Notes: generated by a model from the sequence alone, not told the origin. Positions 37,391 to 47,134 are shown, counted from the first letter of the stretch. The stretch: 64,000 nt of DNA from Parcubacteria group bacterium (GCA_028286825.1 JAQBQV010000002.1:2157-66156); one strand, 5' to 3'. Numbers and translations: made by a program.

Positions 37391-38437
37391 ATGGCACAAT
37401 CTGACAAAATCCGTCCTTATTTTCTTATTTTACTTCTCGTTGGAGCAATCGCCCTCACGACCGCTGTCTTCTGGCCGTTTCTTAAGCCGCTCGCTCTAGC
37501 GGCGGTCTTTGCGGTTGTGCTGCAAGGTCTTTACAAGAGAATCTCTAAGCGCCTCGGTGGTTGGCCAAGCACATCAGCGCTTCTTACCGTCCTGATAAGT
37601 GTCTTTGTCATACTTCTTCCTCTGTCGCTCATCGGTGTACTGGTTGGGAATGAGGCGCACAATGTGTACACATCGCTTGATGGGGGAGGAGGGCAGACCT
37701 CGATTGCGCAGCTATTTGTGCGAGTCGACGAGTCGTTTGGCGGTACGATCCCAGGACTCGGTGAGTTCGCGCGCAACGCCTCGGTTGACGTTGACGCATA
37801 CACGAAACAGGGACTCCAGTGGGTGACCGGGAACGCGGGCGCTATCTTCTCAAGCATTTCGCACCTTTTCTTGGCTCTCTTCATCTTCTTTATCGCGCTC
37901 TATTATCTCCTTCGCGATGGCAAGCATGTCCGGAAAATGGTGATCGAGCTCTCTCCGCTCGACGATAGCGAAGATGCCGGCGTCTTCGATCGTCTCGAGC
38001 TCGCTATCAACTCAGTTATTAAAGGCAACTTAGTGATTGCGCTCGTCCAGGGAGTGCTCACTACGATCGGCTTCCTGACCTTCGGCGTGCCAAACGCAAT
38101 TCTTTGGGGGACGGTAGCGGCTATCGCGGCACTCATCCCAGGAATTGGCACCGCGCTCGTGATTGCCCCTGCCGTCGCCTTTCTCTTTATTGTGGGTTCG
38201 ACGCCGCAGGCGATCGGTCTCCTCATCTGGGGAATGCTCGCGGTTGGGCTTATCGATAACGTGCTTGGTCCAAAGCTCGTCGGGAAGGGGATGAACCTCC
38301 ATCCGCTTCTTGTGCTCTTATCGGTCTTAGGCGGGCTCATTCTCTTTGGCCCGGCCGGTATTTTCCTCGGCCCTTTATCGGTCAGCCTACTCTTCGCACT
38401 TTTATCAATTTATGTCGATGTCTCGCGCCGCGCCTAA
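37391..38437 (+). CDS. AI-2E family transporter
   Basis: YYLLRDG; IPGIG; IDNVLGPKLVG; HPLLVLLSVLGG..FG..GIFLGP. Confidence 0.92.
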   Translation: MAQSDKIRPYFLILLLVGAIALTTAVFWPFLKPLALAAVFAVVLQGLYKRISKRLGGWPSTSALLTVLISVFVILLPLSLIGVLVGNEAHNVYTSLDGGGGQTSIAQLFVRVDESFGGTIPGLGEFARNASVDVDAYTKQGLQWVTGNAGAIFSSISHLFLALFIFFIALYYLLRDGKHVRKMVIELSPLDDSEDAGVFDRLELAINSVIKGNLVIALVQGVLTTIGFLTFGVPNAILWGTVAAIAALIPGIGTALVIAPAVAFLFIVGSTPQAIGLLIWGMLAVGLIDNVLGPKLVGKGMNLHPLLVLLSVLGGLILFGPAGIFLGPLSVSLLFALLSIYVDVSRRA

Positions 38438-38489
38438 TAGCGATCCCTTTTATTCAAAAGCATACATACGCAGGGAGTATATAAATAAT

Positions 38490-38524
38490 CAGGGCCGTCC
38501 ATCGCTTAGCGATGGACGGCCCTG
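38490..38524. terminator. Perfect 17-bp inverted repeat between convergent genes
   Basis: CAGGGCCGTCCATCGCT-t-AGCGATGGACGGCCCTG. Confidence 0.7.
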
Positions 38525-38536
38525 TCGTTCGCAGTC

Positions 38537-38953
38537 TCATTTCTGCGCTTCCGGTGGAAGGCATGCTGCACTGGTGCGATAGTCCCGTCGATTGAGTGCG
38601 ATTCGTACCACCATCTTTTTTTCATCGAGCGGAATCAAGAACACGGGCTGCAAGAACGTGTCGTCGACAGTGACCTCCACATCATCGAAGAGTGGATATG
38701 CCGGAATGGCAAGCGGCTTTCTCGCCAGAGCGTCGGTGACACTGAAGTGGATTACCTTGCCCTCTTCTTTTTCTGCGAAGGCGAAGTATCGTCCACAGAC
38801 TTTCCAGCCCGTGTCGTCAAGCGCCGTCATGAGTCGCTTCTGTATCGGTACCACAGAGAACGTCAGGTCTGCTGCTTTCACGGCTGAATCCGGCAGCGCC
38901 ATGGCGATGCCTAACAAGAGTGCCGTAACCGTACTTTTGATGCTGTGTCCCAT
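38537..38953 (-). CDS. Secreted hypothetical protein (paralog A)
   Basis: Signal peptide; WKVCGRYFAFA..GKVIHFS. Confidence 0.7.
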   Translation of the reverse strand: MGHSIKSTVTALLLGIAMALPDSAVKAADLTFSVVPIQKRLMTALDDTGWKVCGRYFAFAEKEEGKVIHFSVTDALARKPLAIPAYPLFDDVEVTVDDTFLQPVFLIPLDEKKMVVRIALNRRDYRTSAACLPPEAQK

Positions 38954-39139
38954 ACATACTCCCAGAGTTGGTGAATGAGGGTCCTCCTTACTAAACTCTA
39001 CCTGAAAGGAGCGATTTGTCAAACAGTATGGGAAGTTAATTTGTTTGGCGACAAAGAGAAATGCCGACAACGAACGGGTTGTCGGCATGTTCTTTTCCGC
39101 TTGTGAATCGAGAGCTGCTGGTGGGGCCGCTGCGTAGTG

Positions 39140-39556
39140 TTACCCGGCCACCTTTGCTGAGGAGCATGACCTAATCGTGAGATGGTCAACGATATTGGTT
39201 ACAAACCCGGTCACGTTGTTCTTGCTATCGAGTATGACCGAAGGCGACAAGAGATCCATATCCGCCCAGAGCCGAAGTGGAGCGAAGGACGCTGTCCGAT
39301 AGGCTGTGCGGACTCCTTCTCCGAAATATCTGTCATAGGAGAAGTAGATTACTTTACCGCTTGGTGAATCAGCAAAGGCAAAAAAGGTGCCGCACATCCG
39401 CCAATCCAGTTTCAGTGAAGACATCGATTGGTAGTCATCGCTCAATTCGATGAGTCGGATCTCAAGGTCCTTTGGCTCCACTGCAAGAGCATGAGTCGCT
39501 AGGGTCGCTGAAAAGAGCAGGGCAGTAACTTTGTGCAGCATGAGTCGCATGTGCAT
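39140..39556 (-). CDS. Secreted hypothetical protein (paralog B)
   Basis: Signal peptide; WRMCGTFFAFA..GKVIYFS. Confidence 0.7.
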   Translation of the reverse strand: MHMRLMLHKVTALLFSATLATHALAVEPKDLEIRLIELSDDYQSMSSLKLDWRMCGTFFAFADSPSGKVIYFSYDRYFGEGVRTAYRTASFAPLRLWADMDLLSPSVILDSKNNVTGFVTNIVDHLTIRSCSSAKVAG

Positions 39557-39678
39557 TCCTTTCAAACGGTTGATCGGGAGTCCTGTCTGAACATTAGCTC
39601 TACGGTAGGAGGAATGAAAGCTTGTTTTCAAACGCGACTGGGGGTAGTGTTTCGGTAGGTTCAGAACAGGAGATCGCT

Positions 39679-39933
39679 ATGCGCACGAAGTATTGTGAGT
39701 GCGGACGTCATATTCGGATCCGCATCCAAAATCGGTGGGTTAGTCCTCGAGGGGACCACCCGCACTGTCGCAAGTGTTACCGATCGCACCGCGATTCGGT
39801 ACGTCAGCACCCACCAGCCCGCGAAGAGCCCCCAGCTCCTCGCGGGCTCTTCTTTTTCATAAAAAAGCCGCCCAGCCAAGGTGGCGGGCGGCGTCTCAAG
39901 ATAGGTGCGATCAGGAAGGAAGGTATCGGTTGA
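39679..39933 (+). CDS. Small Zn-finger-like protein
   Basis: AGGAG SD; CECG...HCRKC; 3' end uncertain (reads through hairpins). Confidence 0.45.
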   Translation: MRTKYCECGRHIRIRIQNRWVSPRGDHPHCRKCYRSHRDSVRQHPPAREEPPAPRGLFFFIKKPPSQGGGRRLKIGAIRKEGIG

Positions 39934-40486
39934 TGGAGTAGTTAAGTCCGAGGGAATTGGGGCGGACTTCGTAGCCGCCCTCGTCTCCGTAGCCGGCGAA
40001 GAGGATCGGAGTGTTCGCGGGTACGTTGCCGCAGACCCAGAGCCCGTGTTTGCGAGAGAGCGCCTCAAGCTCGTCTGCAAACGCTTTCACCTTTGCGACG
40101 GCGCTGTCAATCCAGGGCAAGTCGGGCCACAGCACTTCAGCCAGCCGCCGCGCTTTTTTGATTGAACGCTCATCGATAGGTCGCGTGGCGTACAGCTCGT
40201 GTGTCGTAACATCGCGGATGTCGTAGGGGTGCAAAAGGAAGTGCCGGGCGAACGCATCCTTTGAAAGAGGGCCCCGCGCGTCGTAAATGAGACCGTCGGG
40301 TGCCCAGACACCTGCGTGCCAGACCACGTCTCCTTTCATCAGACCCACGAGCGGCCAATCGAGCCCGTCATTTAGTGCGATCGCGAAAGCGTAGCACTCT
40401 CCTTCGAGAAAGCCGCTGCAATAGAGGTCATGCAGCATCTTCTTGTCCTGGGGGTTTTCGTCAAGTGTGTGAATGAGCGTCGGCAT
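39911..40486 (-). CDS. Hypothetical protein with possible Cys-His-Asp triad
   Basis: GECYAFAIAL..WHAGV..IYDARG; AGGAG SD. Confidence 0.65.
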   Translation of the reverse strand: MPTLIHTLDENPQDKKMLHDLYCSGFLEGECYAFAIALNDGLDWPLVGLMKGDVVWHAGVWAPDGLIYDARGPLSKDAFARHFLLHPYDIRDVTTHELYATRPIDERSIKKARRLAEVLWPDLPWIDSAVAKVKAFADELEALSRKHGLWVCGNVPANTPILFAGYGDEGGYEVRPNSLGLNYSINRYLPS

Positions 40487-40607
40487 TCGTTTCTCCTAGG
40501 TGAGCGAGGCGGCTGACAGCCGCTTTCCAGATAGAGGAATACCACGAAATATACCTTGCGTCCACGAGCGTAACCTTAGGGCGAATGGCGCGGGTTACAA
40601 TAAACAC

Positions 40608-40919
40608 ATGAGCACCAATCCATTTGTGAATGCGCTTCTTGCGGCGGGCTATATTAGCCTCCTTGTAACGCTTATCTTTAACTCGCCCTACTTTATTAGC
40701 GACAACGAACTCGGGATGATCGCGCCCGTCATCATGCTCTCCCTCCTCGTTCTCTCCGTATCTCTCATGGGCTACCTCTTCTTCTATCAGCCAGTTATCC
40801 TCCTTATCGAGCACAAGCCGAAGGAAGCGACCGCTCTCTTCTTCCGCACCGTCGTCTCATTTGCCGTCATTACCCTCTGTATCGCCCTCGCCTGGTTCCT
40901 CCTCGGGAAGCTTCTCTAA
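40608..40919 (+). CDS. 3-TM membrane protein
   Basis: Hydrophobic; MGYLFFYQP; TACAAT-6nt-ATG. Confidence 0.75.
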   Translation: MSTNPFVNALLAAGYISLLVTLIFNSPYFISDNELGMIAPVIMLSLLVLSVSLMGYLFFYQPVILLIEHKPKEATALFFRTVVSFAVITLCIALAWFLLGKLL

Positions 40920-41207
40920 CCCTTTTGGATTCACTGGCGGACAAACGGCTCAGACGGTCTGAGCCGTTTCCAAAAAATGCTCAAGTTTTTGTTAGCCTCG
41001 ACGAGGCTTTAGAAAAACATAGTCCCGAGGAGGTGAGACTTTCCCTCGGGGAAGATTTGTGGGATGCTTTGAGGTATGTTCGAATCTTCTCGTCTCCGCC
41101 CGAAGTCCAAGTTCGAACTTTAAATTTTGATGGTTATAGTTCGTAGCGTTAGGGAGCTTTTCGGGTCAATGGCGGAGCTAGTCCTATTTTGATAAAATGA
41201 AGCTCCA

Positions 41208-43247
41208 ATGAGTAAAAACAACCACCTTGAAGCCTCTCTGAAAGCAATGGGCATTGCTCCAGAAGGCGTGCCGAAAATGGTAGAAGATGCTGAAGGAATT
41301 GTAGCCGGCGTACAGGCTATTCTTTCTGGTGAGCACAGCATGTCTGGGAAGGGGTTGATTTACGGAAGAATCCAGAGCGGAAAGACCCGAGCAATGATCG
41401 CAAGCTCGGCACTTTTGTTTGATCAGGGTACAAAGATTATTGTAATCCTGACTAGTAACATGAACGAACTTGTCAGACAGACATACGAGCGTTTCGATGC
41501 TGGTCTTACGCAGGTTTCCGTTCTCGCCAAAGAAGACGATCTTCCTGGCGCAATCATCCGCAATAAAATTGCGTTAGCAAATACAGACACAGATGCAAAA
41601 CTGATGCTTGTAATGCCAAAAGGTGCACAAGCTCTTGAGAAAACAAAAGAGTTTCTTGAGCAGGTCGATGCGAAGGATTATCCTGTCGTTATTTATGATG
41701 ACGAAGCTGATCAGGCATCATTGGATACTACTCGTGCGAAGAAAGGAAAAGGAATCGTCGCTGATCCGAGTACAATTTATAAAAACATTGAGCTTATTCG
41801 AGGTGCTGCAGGCTCACATGTTTTTATCGCTGTAACAGGTACACCCAACGCAAACCTCCTTCAAACAGAAGATGAGAGACCAGATGAGTTCGTTTTTATT
41901 CTGAAACCTGGTGACGGATATGTTGGTGGAAAGGATTACTTTGAAGCAGAAGAAATCTCCGCCAATAATTTTATGGTTGAGATACCAGCTGACGATCAGA
42001 CGATACTCGCTCAAAAAGATATGGGAGCAGGAATCCCATCGAGTTTACAAAGAGCGGTCATATCTTTCGTATTCAGAGCTACTCTAGCTAACTATAAGAA
42101 AATCATTTGCGAAGAAGGTAAGGGTTATCAGTTTCTTTGCCACCCAAGTCACAAGGTGCTTCCTCAAGGAAACGCTACTGCCTACATAAACACTATTCTC
42201 GATCAGCTCGCTTATCACCTTTCAGGTCAGGACACAGAATGCAAAGCCATTGTAGAAGAAGAGCTCACATTGGTTGTGAAAGAGCATGGTTTGGACTCAG
42301 CTGAATGGATTCCTTTGTTGAAGAAAGAGGCTTTGTCTTTGCTTCAGAGTGCCAAGGTCGTTCAAGTAAACTCTACTACTGGTAGCAAGATCGTATATTC
42401 TTCTGGACTAAATATCCTGATCGGTGGCAATTCTCTCGGGAGAGGAGTGACTATTCCTAATCTCATCACGACTTACTACACTCGTGGTGGCGGCAAGGTC
42501 TCATATGCAGATACACTCCATCAACACGCTCGCATGTTTGGTTACCGCCAAGCACTTTTGCCTTATATAAAGATTTACATAACCGAAAATCTCTATTCAC
42601 GTTTCCGAAATGTTGTACTTCAAGACGAGCGGTTGCGAGATTTCATTGAGAAACGAACAGCCGGTAGTCCTATACCGATAGTAATACCTGCAAAAGGCAT
42701 CAAGCCTACTCGAAGTAGCGTGCTGCCTGACTGCCAGCTCATAGATTCGGGACAAAAGTATCCGAACCCTATCGACGTGAAAAAACTTTCCTCTGTTCAT
42801 GGCAAGGTATTCAAGACAGCGGCGAAGCTTCTAGGGACAGAGAACTCTGATGTTGATGCTGTGAAGGAAGCAAGTGCGTCTCAAAAAGATAAAGAGATAG
42901 ATGTTGCATCGTTGAAAGAAATTATTGGCTTAATGGAGCTTGAAGAGAACGGGTCGCTTTGGAATCCAGATTCGCTAGAGGCGATTGTAAAAGCTCTGTA
43001 TGGCGACAAGATCAAGATATATCTCAATGTTCGTACTTCAGATCGTAAGGTAGCAGAGGGGGTCGTTGGAGGTTCCAGCCGATCAGGTATTCTTTACGGT
43101 GAAGAACTAACTCGAGGACTTGCTCAAAAGCAGCCTACGCTCTGGCTCCATTCTGTCAGCAGTCCTGAAGAAGGTGGTGTACGATTTGTGTACCCAACGC
43201 TAATACTACCGACAACCAAAGACGTCGTGATTATCAACAACGTCTAG
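41208..43247 (+). CDS. SF2 helicase-like + Z1 domain protein (RM-associated)
   Basis: GRIQSGKT; DDEADQAS; TGTPNA; GYVG; IGGNSLGRGVT..L.TTYY.R; DTLHQHARMFGYR. Confidence 0.88.
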   Translation: MSKNNHLEASLKAMGIAPEGVPKMVEDAEGIVAGVQAILSGEHSMSGKGLIYGRIQSGKTRAMIASSALLFDQGTKIIVILTSNMNELVRQTYERFDAGLTQVSVLAKEDDLPGAIIRNKIALANTDTDAKLMLVMPKGAQALEKTKEFLEQVDAKDYPVVIYDDEADQASLDTTRAKKGKGIVADPSTIYKNIELIRGAAGSHVFIAVTGTPNANLLQTEDERPDEFVFILKPGDGYVGGKDYFEAEEISANNFMVEIPADDQTILAQKDMGAGIPSSLQRAVISFVFRATLANYKKIICEEGKGYQFLCHPSHKVLPQGNATAYINTILDQLAYHLSGQDTECKAIVEEELTLVVKEHGLDSAEWIPLLKKEALSLLQSAKVVQVNSTTGSKIVYSSGLNILIGGNSLGRGVTIPNLITTYYTRGGGKVSYADTLHQHARMFGYRQALLPYIKIYITENLYSRFRNVVLQDERLRDFIEKRTAGSPIPIVIPAKGIKPTRSSVLPDCQLIDSGQKYPNPIDVKKLSSVHGKVFKTAAKLLGTENSDVDAVKEASASQKDKEIDVASLKEIIGLMELEENGSLWNPDSLEAIVKALYGDKIKIYLNVRTSDRKVAEGVVGGSSRSGILYGEELTRGLAQKQPTLWLHSVSSPEEGGVRFVYPTLILPTTKDVVIINNV

Positions 43248-43287
43248 CCTCCTCGAGTTTTTTCTTGATTCTTGTTAGAATAAGGGG

Positions 43288-44367
43288 GTGAAGAAAGAAC
43301 CAAAACTTGTAGCAATTGATTTGTTCTGTGGTGTCGGAGGAATCACTCATGGATTTGTTCGTGAAAAAATCCAAGTAGTCGCAGGGATAGATAACGATCC
43401 CACATGCAAGTATTCATACGAACATAACAATAAATCTTCTTTCATTTGTGATGATATCGCAAATGTAAGTTCTGGGCGCATAAAAAAACTATATAAGGAT
43501 GCAGGCGCCGATATCAAAATACTGATCGGTTGCGCGCCTTGCCAGCCCTACTCCTCGCTAAATCCGAAAAGAGTTCAATATAAGAAAAAACACACCGCCT
43601 GGGAGCCCCTTGAGCATTTCATCAGGATCATTGAAGAGGTGAAGCCTCAAATAGTTTCTATGGAAAATGTGAAAGAGTTATCTGATGAGAAGAAATATCC
43701 TATCTTCAAAAGATTCCTTGCATGTCTCACAGAGAATGGTTATTCATACGCATATGAAGTCGTTGATACATCGACTTATGGAGTTCCACAAAAGAGAAAA
43801 CGATTAGTGTTGTTAGCTTCAAGAATGGGCGAGATAAGTCTGATATCTCCTACTCATAAAGATCCGGCAAAGATGAAGACGGTAAGAGATGCTATTGGCG
43901 ATTTGCAACCAATTCTTGATGGAGAAGTTTTTGCAAAAGATCGGTTACATCAAAGCAGTAAGTTGAGTAAGCTAAATAAATCTAGAATCAAAGCTACGCC
44001 AAAGAATGGAGGATCAGCAAAAGATTGGCCGGAGCATTTGGTCTTGGATTGTCACAAGTTGGATTCTGGGAAAACATACATGGCTACGGTGTATGGAAGA
44101 ATGCGTTGGGACGAACCTTCTCCCACAATCACTACCAACTGCCTTACTTTAGGAACTGGTCGTTTCGGCCATCCTACTCAAGACAGAGCAATTAGTTTGA
44201 GAGAGGCCGCCCTACTTCAGAGTTTCCCAAAGAACTACGATTTTATTGGTAAGGAAAAAATAAGTAAGACCATACTTTCTCGTCATATTGGAAATGCAGT
44301 TCCGGTTAGGTTGGCACAAGTAATTGCTCAAAGCATCAAGTTGCACGTTAATCAATATGCTGAATAA
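43288..44367 (+). CDS. dcm: DNA (cytosine-5) methyltransferase
   Basis: DLFCGVGG; PCQ; ENV; YGVPQKRKR; REAALLQSFP; GNAVP. Confidence 0.95.
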   Translation: MKKEPKLVAIDLFCGVGGITHGFVREKIQVVAGIDNDPTCKYSYEHNNKSSFICDDIANVSSGRIKKLYKDAGADIKILIGCAPCQPYSSLNPKRVQYKKKHTAWEPLEHFIRIIEEVKPQIVSMENVKELSDEKKYPIFKRFLACLTENGYSYAYEVVDTSTYGVPQKRKRLVLLASRMGEISLISPTHKDPAKMKTVRDAIGDLQPILDGEVFAKDRLHQSSKLSKLNKSRIKATPKNGGSAKDWPEHLVLDCHKLDSGKTYMATVYGRMRWDEPSPTITTNCLTLGTGRFGHPTQDRAISLREAALLQSFPKNYDFIGKEKISKTILSRHIGNAVPVRLAQVIAQSIKLHVNQYAE

Positions 44368-44620
44368 TTAATAATAATTGAGTGGCAAAAAACTTAAGTG
44401 ATTTAGTTAGGTTTTTCAAAATTAGATCAGTGGATAACCCACTACATTTTTACGCTTACATGATTTAGGTTTGGACACCTCAAACCACTCTGGGTATGCT
44501 TTATACATGGCCCTCAATTCCTGTATACTTTTATCAAGTCTCCCGAAGGTGAGCCGGGTTTTCGGTTCTAACATCGGGACACCACCACCGCCAGATGACC
44601 AAGTTAGAACTTATAAAAAT

Positions 44621-45130
44621 ATGACTATAATTTACATAATTATTGCGGGAGCTGTTGTATGGTGGGTATTAAAAACTCTCAGTGCTAATGCCCCGGAAAA
44701 GAGAATCGAGAAATTGGAAGAATTTGCAGAGACTATGCTGAGTTCGTATCGAACTACAAATAAAGTTTCGTATGGGCAAGATAACGATGATCCTGAAGTA
44801 TTGAGAATGAGAGACTGGTACACTCGCCTAAAAGAAAAATACAAGCACGATAAATCGCGTCTTGCTCAACTTGCAGAAGATTGGAAAGATTACACATACA
44901 GTCTGAGCAGTAAAAATATAAACAACTACTTGTCATTGGAGGCAGAAGACACTGAAAGCTCTAGTGACCATAGTGATAAAGCTCGGGGTTCGTATTTAAG
45001 AATTGAGGAAATTGAAAATCGATTTGCTGAGATGCTTGGCTCTCAATTTAGAGAGGAATTGGATGCTGAACGGAGAAAGAAGAAGCTGGAAGCAGAGGCG
45101 TTTTGGGCGACCCCAATAGAAGATAAATAA
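44621..45130 (+). CDS. Membrane-anchored helical hypothetical protein
   Basis: N-terminal TM; charged helical body. Confidence 0.65.
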   Translation: MTIIYIIIAGAVVWWVLKTLSANAPEKRIEKLEEFAETMLSSYRTTNKVSYGQDNDDPEVLRMRDWYTRLKEKYKHDKSRLAQLAEDWKDYTYSLSSKNINNYLSLEAEDTESSSDHSDKARGSYLRIEEIENRFAEMLGSQFREELDAERRKKKLEAEAFWATPIEDK

Positions 45131-45132
45131 AT

Positions 45133-45249
45133 ATGCGGATTAATCAGATAGAAATATACAATTTCCGCTCGATAAAAGAATTAGTGATAAATGAAGTCCT
45201 AGAAGTGGCAATAAATCCTGACGATATTCCATTAACTAAAATGGAATAA
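45133..45249 (+). pseudogene. Truncated ABC/SMC-type (OLD-like) ATPase remnant
   Basis: MRINQIEIYNFRSIKELVI is the typical first strand of such ATPases, but the ORF stops at 38 aa with no Walker A. Confidence 0.6.
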
Positions 45250-45370
45250 TCTACCGCACTTTGGCCTTTATATGATTTCGATTTTGGTGTCTCAAACCAC
45301 TCCGGTCATTGATTCCTTATATAGCTGGCCCCCTAGAACTTTTGATGATGACAAACGAAGATTGGGCTCA

Positions 45371-45402
45371 TAAAAAGGCGACCCGGCCGGGTCGCCTTTT
45401 TA
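45371..45402. terminator. Bidirectional terminator-like palindrome
   Basis: TAAAAAGGCGACCCGGCCGGGTCGCCTTTTTA. Confidence 0.75.
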
Positions 45403-45540
45403 AAACACAGGCTATGGATCCTCTCGCGATTTGTTGTGAGCGAGGCGTACTTTTCTAGCGCCGTTGGTGAGTGGCAGCAACACAATCTTTTCTCCCTCTC
45501 CGCAGGTTTTCTATAAGCCAGTACCTTTGCTCAATGTCCT

Positions 45541-45756
45541 CTATGCGAGCTTTGAACGAGGCGACTTGTTTATGGGTTTCAAACTCATTCCAATACCTTG
45601 AGCTTTTGCCTCTACTCCAGCCACTGGTCGTTGAAGTTTAAGGCCAATAACTCGAGTTGGCACTTTACCACCCATTGCGCGCAATTGTCCGATCTCCTTG
45701 GAAGTCCATGGTTGACCAGATTTTGCTATATATTTTGGTTTATTCATTTTCTGCAT
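45541..45756 (-). CDS. Small HTH/Myb-like protein
   Basis: WTSKEIGQLR..PTRVIGLKLQR..V..KA..G.SLKP. Confidence 0.7.
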   Translation of the reverse strand: MQKMNKPKYIAKSGQPWTSKEIGQLRAMGGKVPTRVIGLKLQRPVAGVEAKAQGIGMSLKPINKSPRSKLA

Positions 45757-45822
45757 TCTGGCTAGTAATTATCGGTTCGACCAGACCGATACATAAATGC
45801 TACTCCTGCTTACAAAAAACAC

Positions 45823-46454
45823 CCTGTGGATAGAATTACTTTGAAACGGTTGGGCAATTTTTCAATAAAAGCCGCGCTGATTAGTGAGGGAGTTTTTCAT
45901 TATTTAAAAAACCCGGCGCTAGCGCCGGGTTTTTGTTTTAGTCACAATAGCTTCACATTGCTTAATAGCCTTATCGAGCATAGAGTGAGTCGCTTTGAAT
46001 CCTTCTTCGTTATTCATTCGCATTACCGCACGGATTTTCTCTTCGCCAGACTGGAAAGATCCGAGTGAGTCACCCAGATTGTACATGGCGATTTTATACC
46101 CGTGCGATTCTGGGGAAGCATTATTATCGATACCAAGAGCAACGAGCCCCTCAATGACCGCGCCTCCGATGCAGCGTCGAGCCACCTTCGGAATTGCAGA
46201 CACTGAAGCTTCAAGAGGTCTGCCATTTTTGTCTGCGAAGTGGCTTCCCGTAGTGAACTTCTCCTCTGTATCCAGAATGTACATCTTGATCAGTTTTAAG
46301 AGCCGTAAAGTTACTTCGACCTTCATTGGAACCTCCTGTGGGTGAAAGATCTTGCGAGCCTTGCTTTGCAGCTCCAGCTCTATTCAGGATACGTCTAACA
46401 GGGGTAAACGTCCTGTGGATAGAATTACTTTGAAACGGTTGGGCAATTTTTCAA
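45823..46454. repeat. Identical 43-bp direct repeats (45823-45865, 46412-46454)
   Basis: CCTGTGGATAGAATTACTTTGAAACGGTTGGGCAATTTTTCAA twice. Confidence 0.95.
45919..46326 (-). CDS. Hypothetical protein
   Basis: AGGAGG SD; FTTG..A.KNG...CIGGA...N. Confidence 0.65.
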   Translation of the reverse strand: MKVEVTLRLLKLIKMYILDTEEKFTTGSHFADKNGRPLEASVSAIPKVARRCIGGAVIEGLVALGIDNNASPESHGYKIAMYNLGDSLGSFQSGEEKIRAVMRMNNEEGFKATHSMLDKAIKQCEAIVTKTKTRR

Positions 46455-46468
46455 CTTAAGCGGTGGGC

Positions 46469-47134
46469 TTATTCTGTAATGGTATTGAGGTAAGTCTCAT
46501 CTTCGGGTTTGATCATAGTAGCGAGAATGCTGCCATTAATTAGCGCCAAGTTATTTCGCCCTTTTGCCCATTCTTTTGCAGCAGGAGTAAAGTCACTTGA
46601 AGTTACAATAATCCCCTTAACACCTCTATGGTGATCGTAACTTCCGTAAAGATTACGCACCTCTGGCTCAGATACATTGTTGCCGATCTTATAGTGCTTC
46701 ACTTGGACCATGGTTATCTGCGCTGATTTTTCCAGAACAATGTCTATGCCGTGGTCGCCAGTTTGCCCTGTATGTTTGTATTGATAACCCTTTTTGGAAT
46801 ATAAATATGCTACGAATTCTTCGAACTGACGATGGGTGAGGTCAAAAATTTGATTAAAATCCTGAATGTCTCCGTATTTCCAAGCCATTAGTTTTATGCC
46901 TTTTGCATGTTTAAATCGGTGTTTAAATAAATTCCACGCGAGGGCCAGGGTAGCGAGAAATGCGAAACCGACCAGGGCATTCCAGAGAAGTGTCGCAGTT
47001 GTTCCCCCTATGTTCTGGATAAACACATATAGGGCGATAACCACAATTCCTGCTAGAGCGAACATAAAAAGGCGGTTCTCAAAATGAGTCCACTTCCTTG
47101 TATGGCGGCGTCCATGGCGCTTGTATCGAGGCAT
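46469..47134 (-). CDS. Membrane-anchored Mrr-like restriction endonuclease
   Basis: 2 TMs; FEEFVA..GDHGIDI..VQVKHY..VTSSDFT..A..LING. Confidence 0.85.
   Translation of the reverse strand: MPRYKRHGRRHTRKWTHFENRLFMFALAGIVVIALYVFIQNIGGTTATLLWNALVGFAFLATLALAWNLFKHRFKHAKGIKLMAWKYGDIQDFNQIFDLTHRQFEEFVAYLYSKKGYQYKHTGQTGDHGIDIVLEKSAQITMVQVKHYKIGNNVSEPEVRNLYGSYDHHRGVKGIIVTSSDFTPAAKEWAKGRNNLALINGSILATMIKPEDETYLNTITE

Noticed and set aside
34017..38340. Long antisense ORFs (34017..34688, 35785..36468, 37903..38340)
   Set aside because: They fully overlap well-supported MFS, SanA and AI-2E genes and show no motifs.
41078..41100. Intact tRNA gene
   Set aside because: Only a TTCGAAT loop and 3' spacing; the T-stem pairs poorly and there is no upstream cloverleaf.
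40925..41146. 73-aa ORF as a real gene
   Set aside because: TTG start without clear signals, and it overlaps a palindrome and an att-like site.
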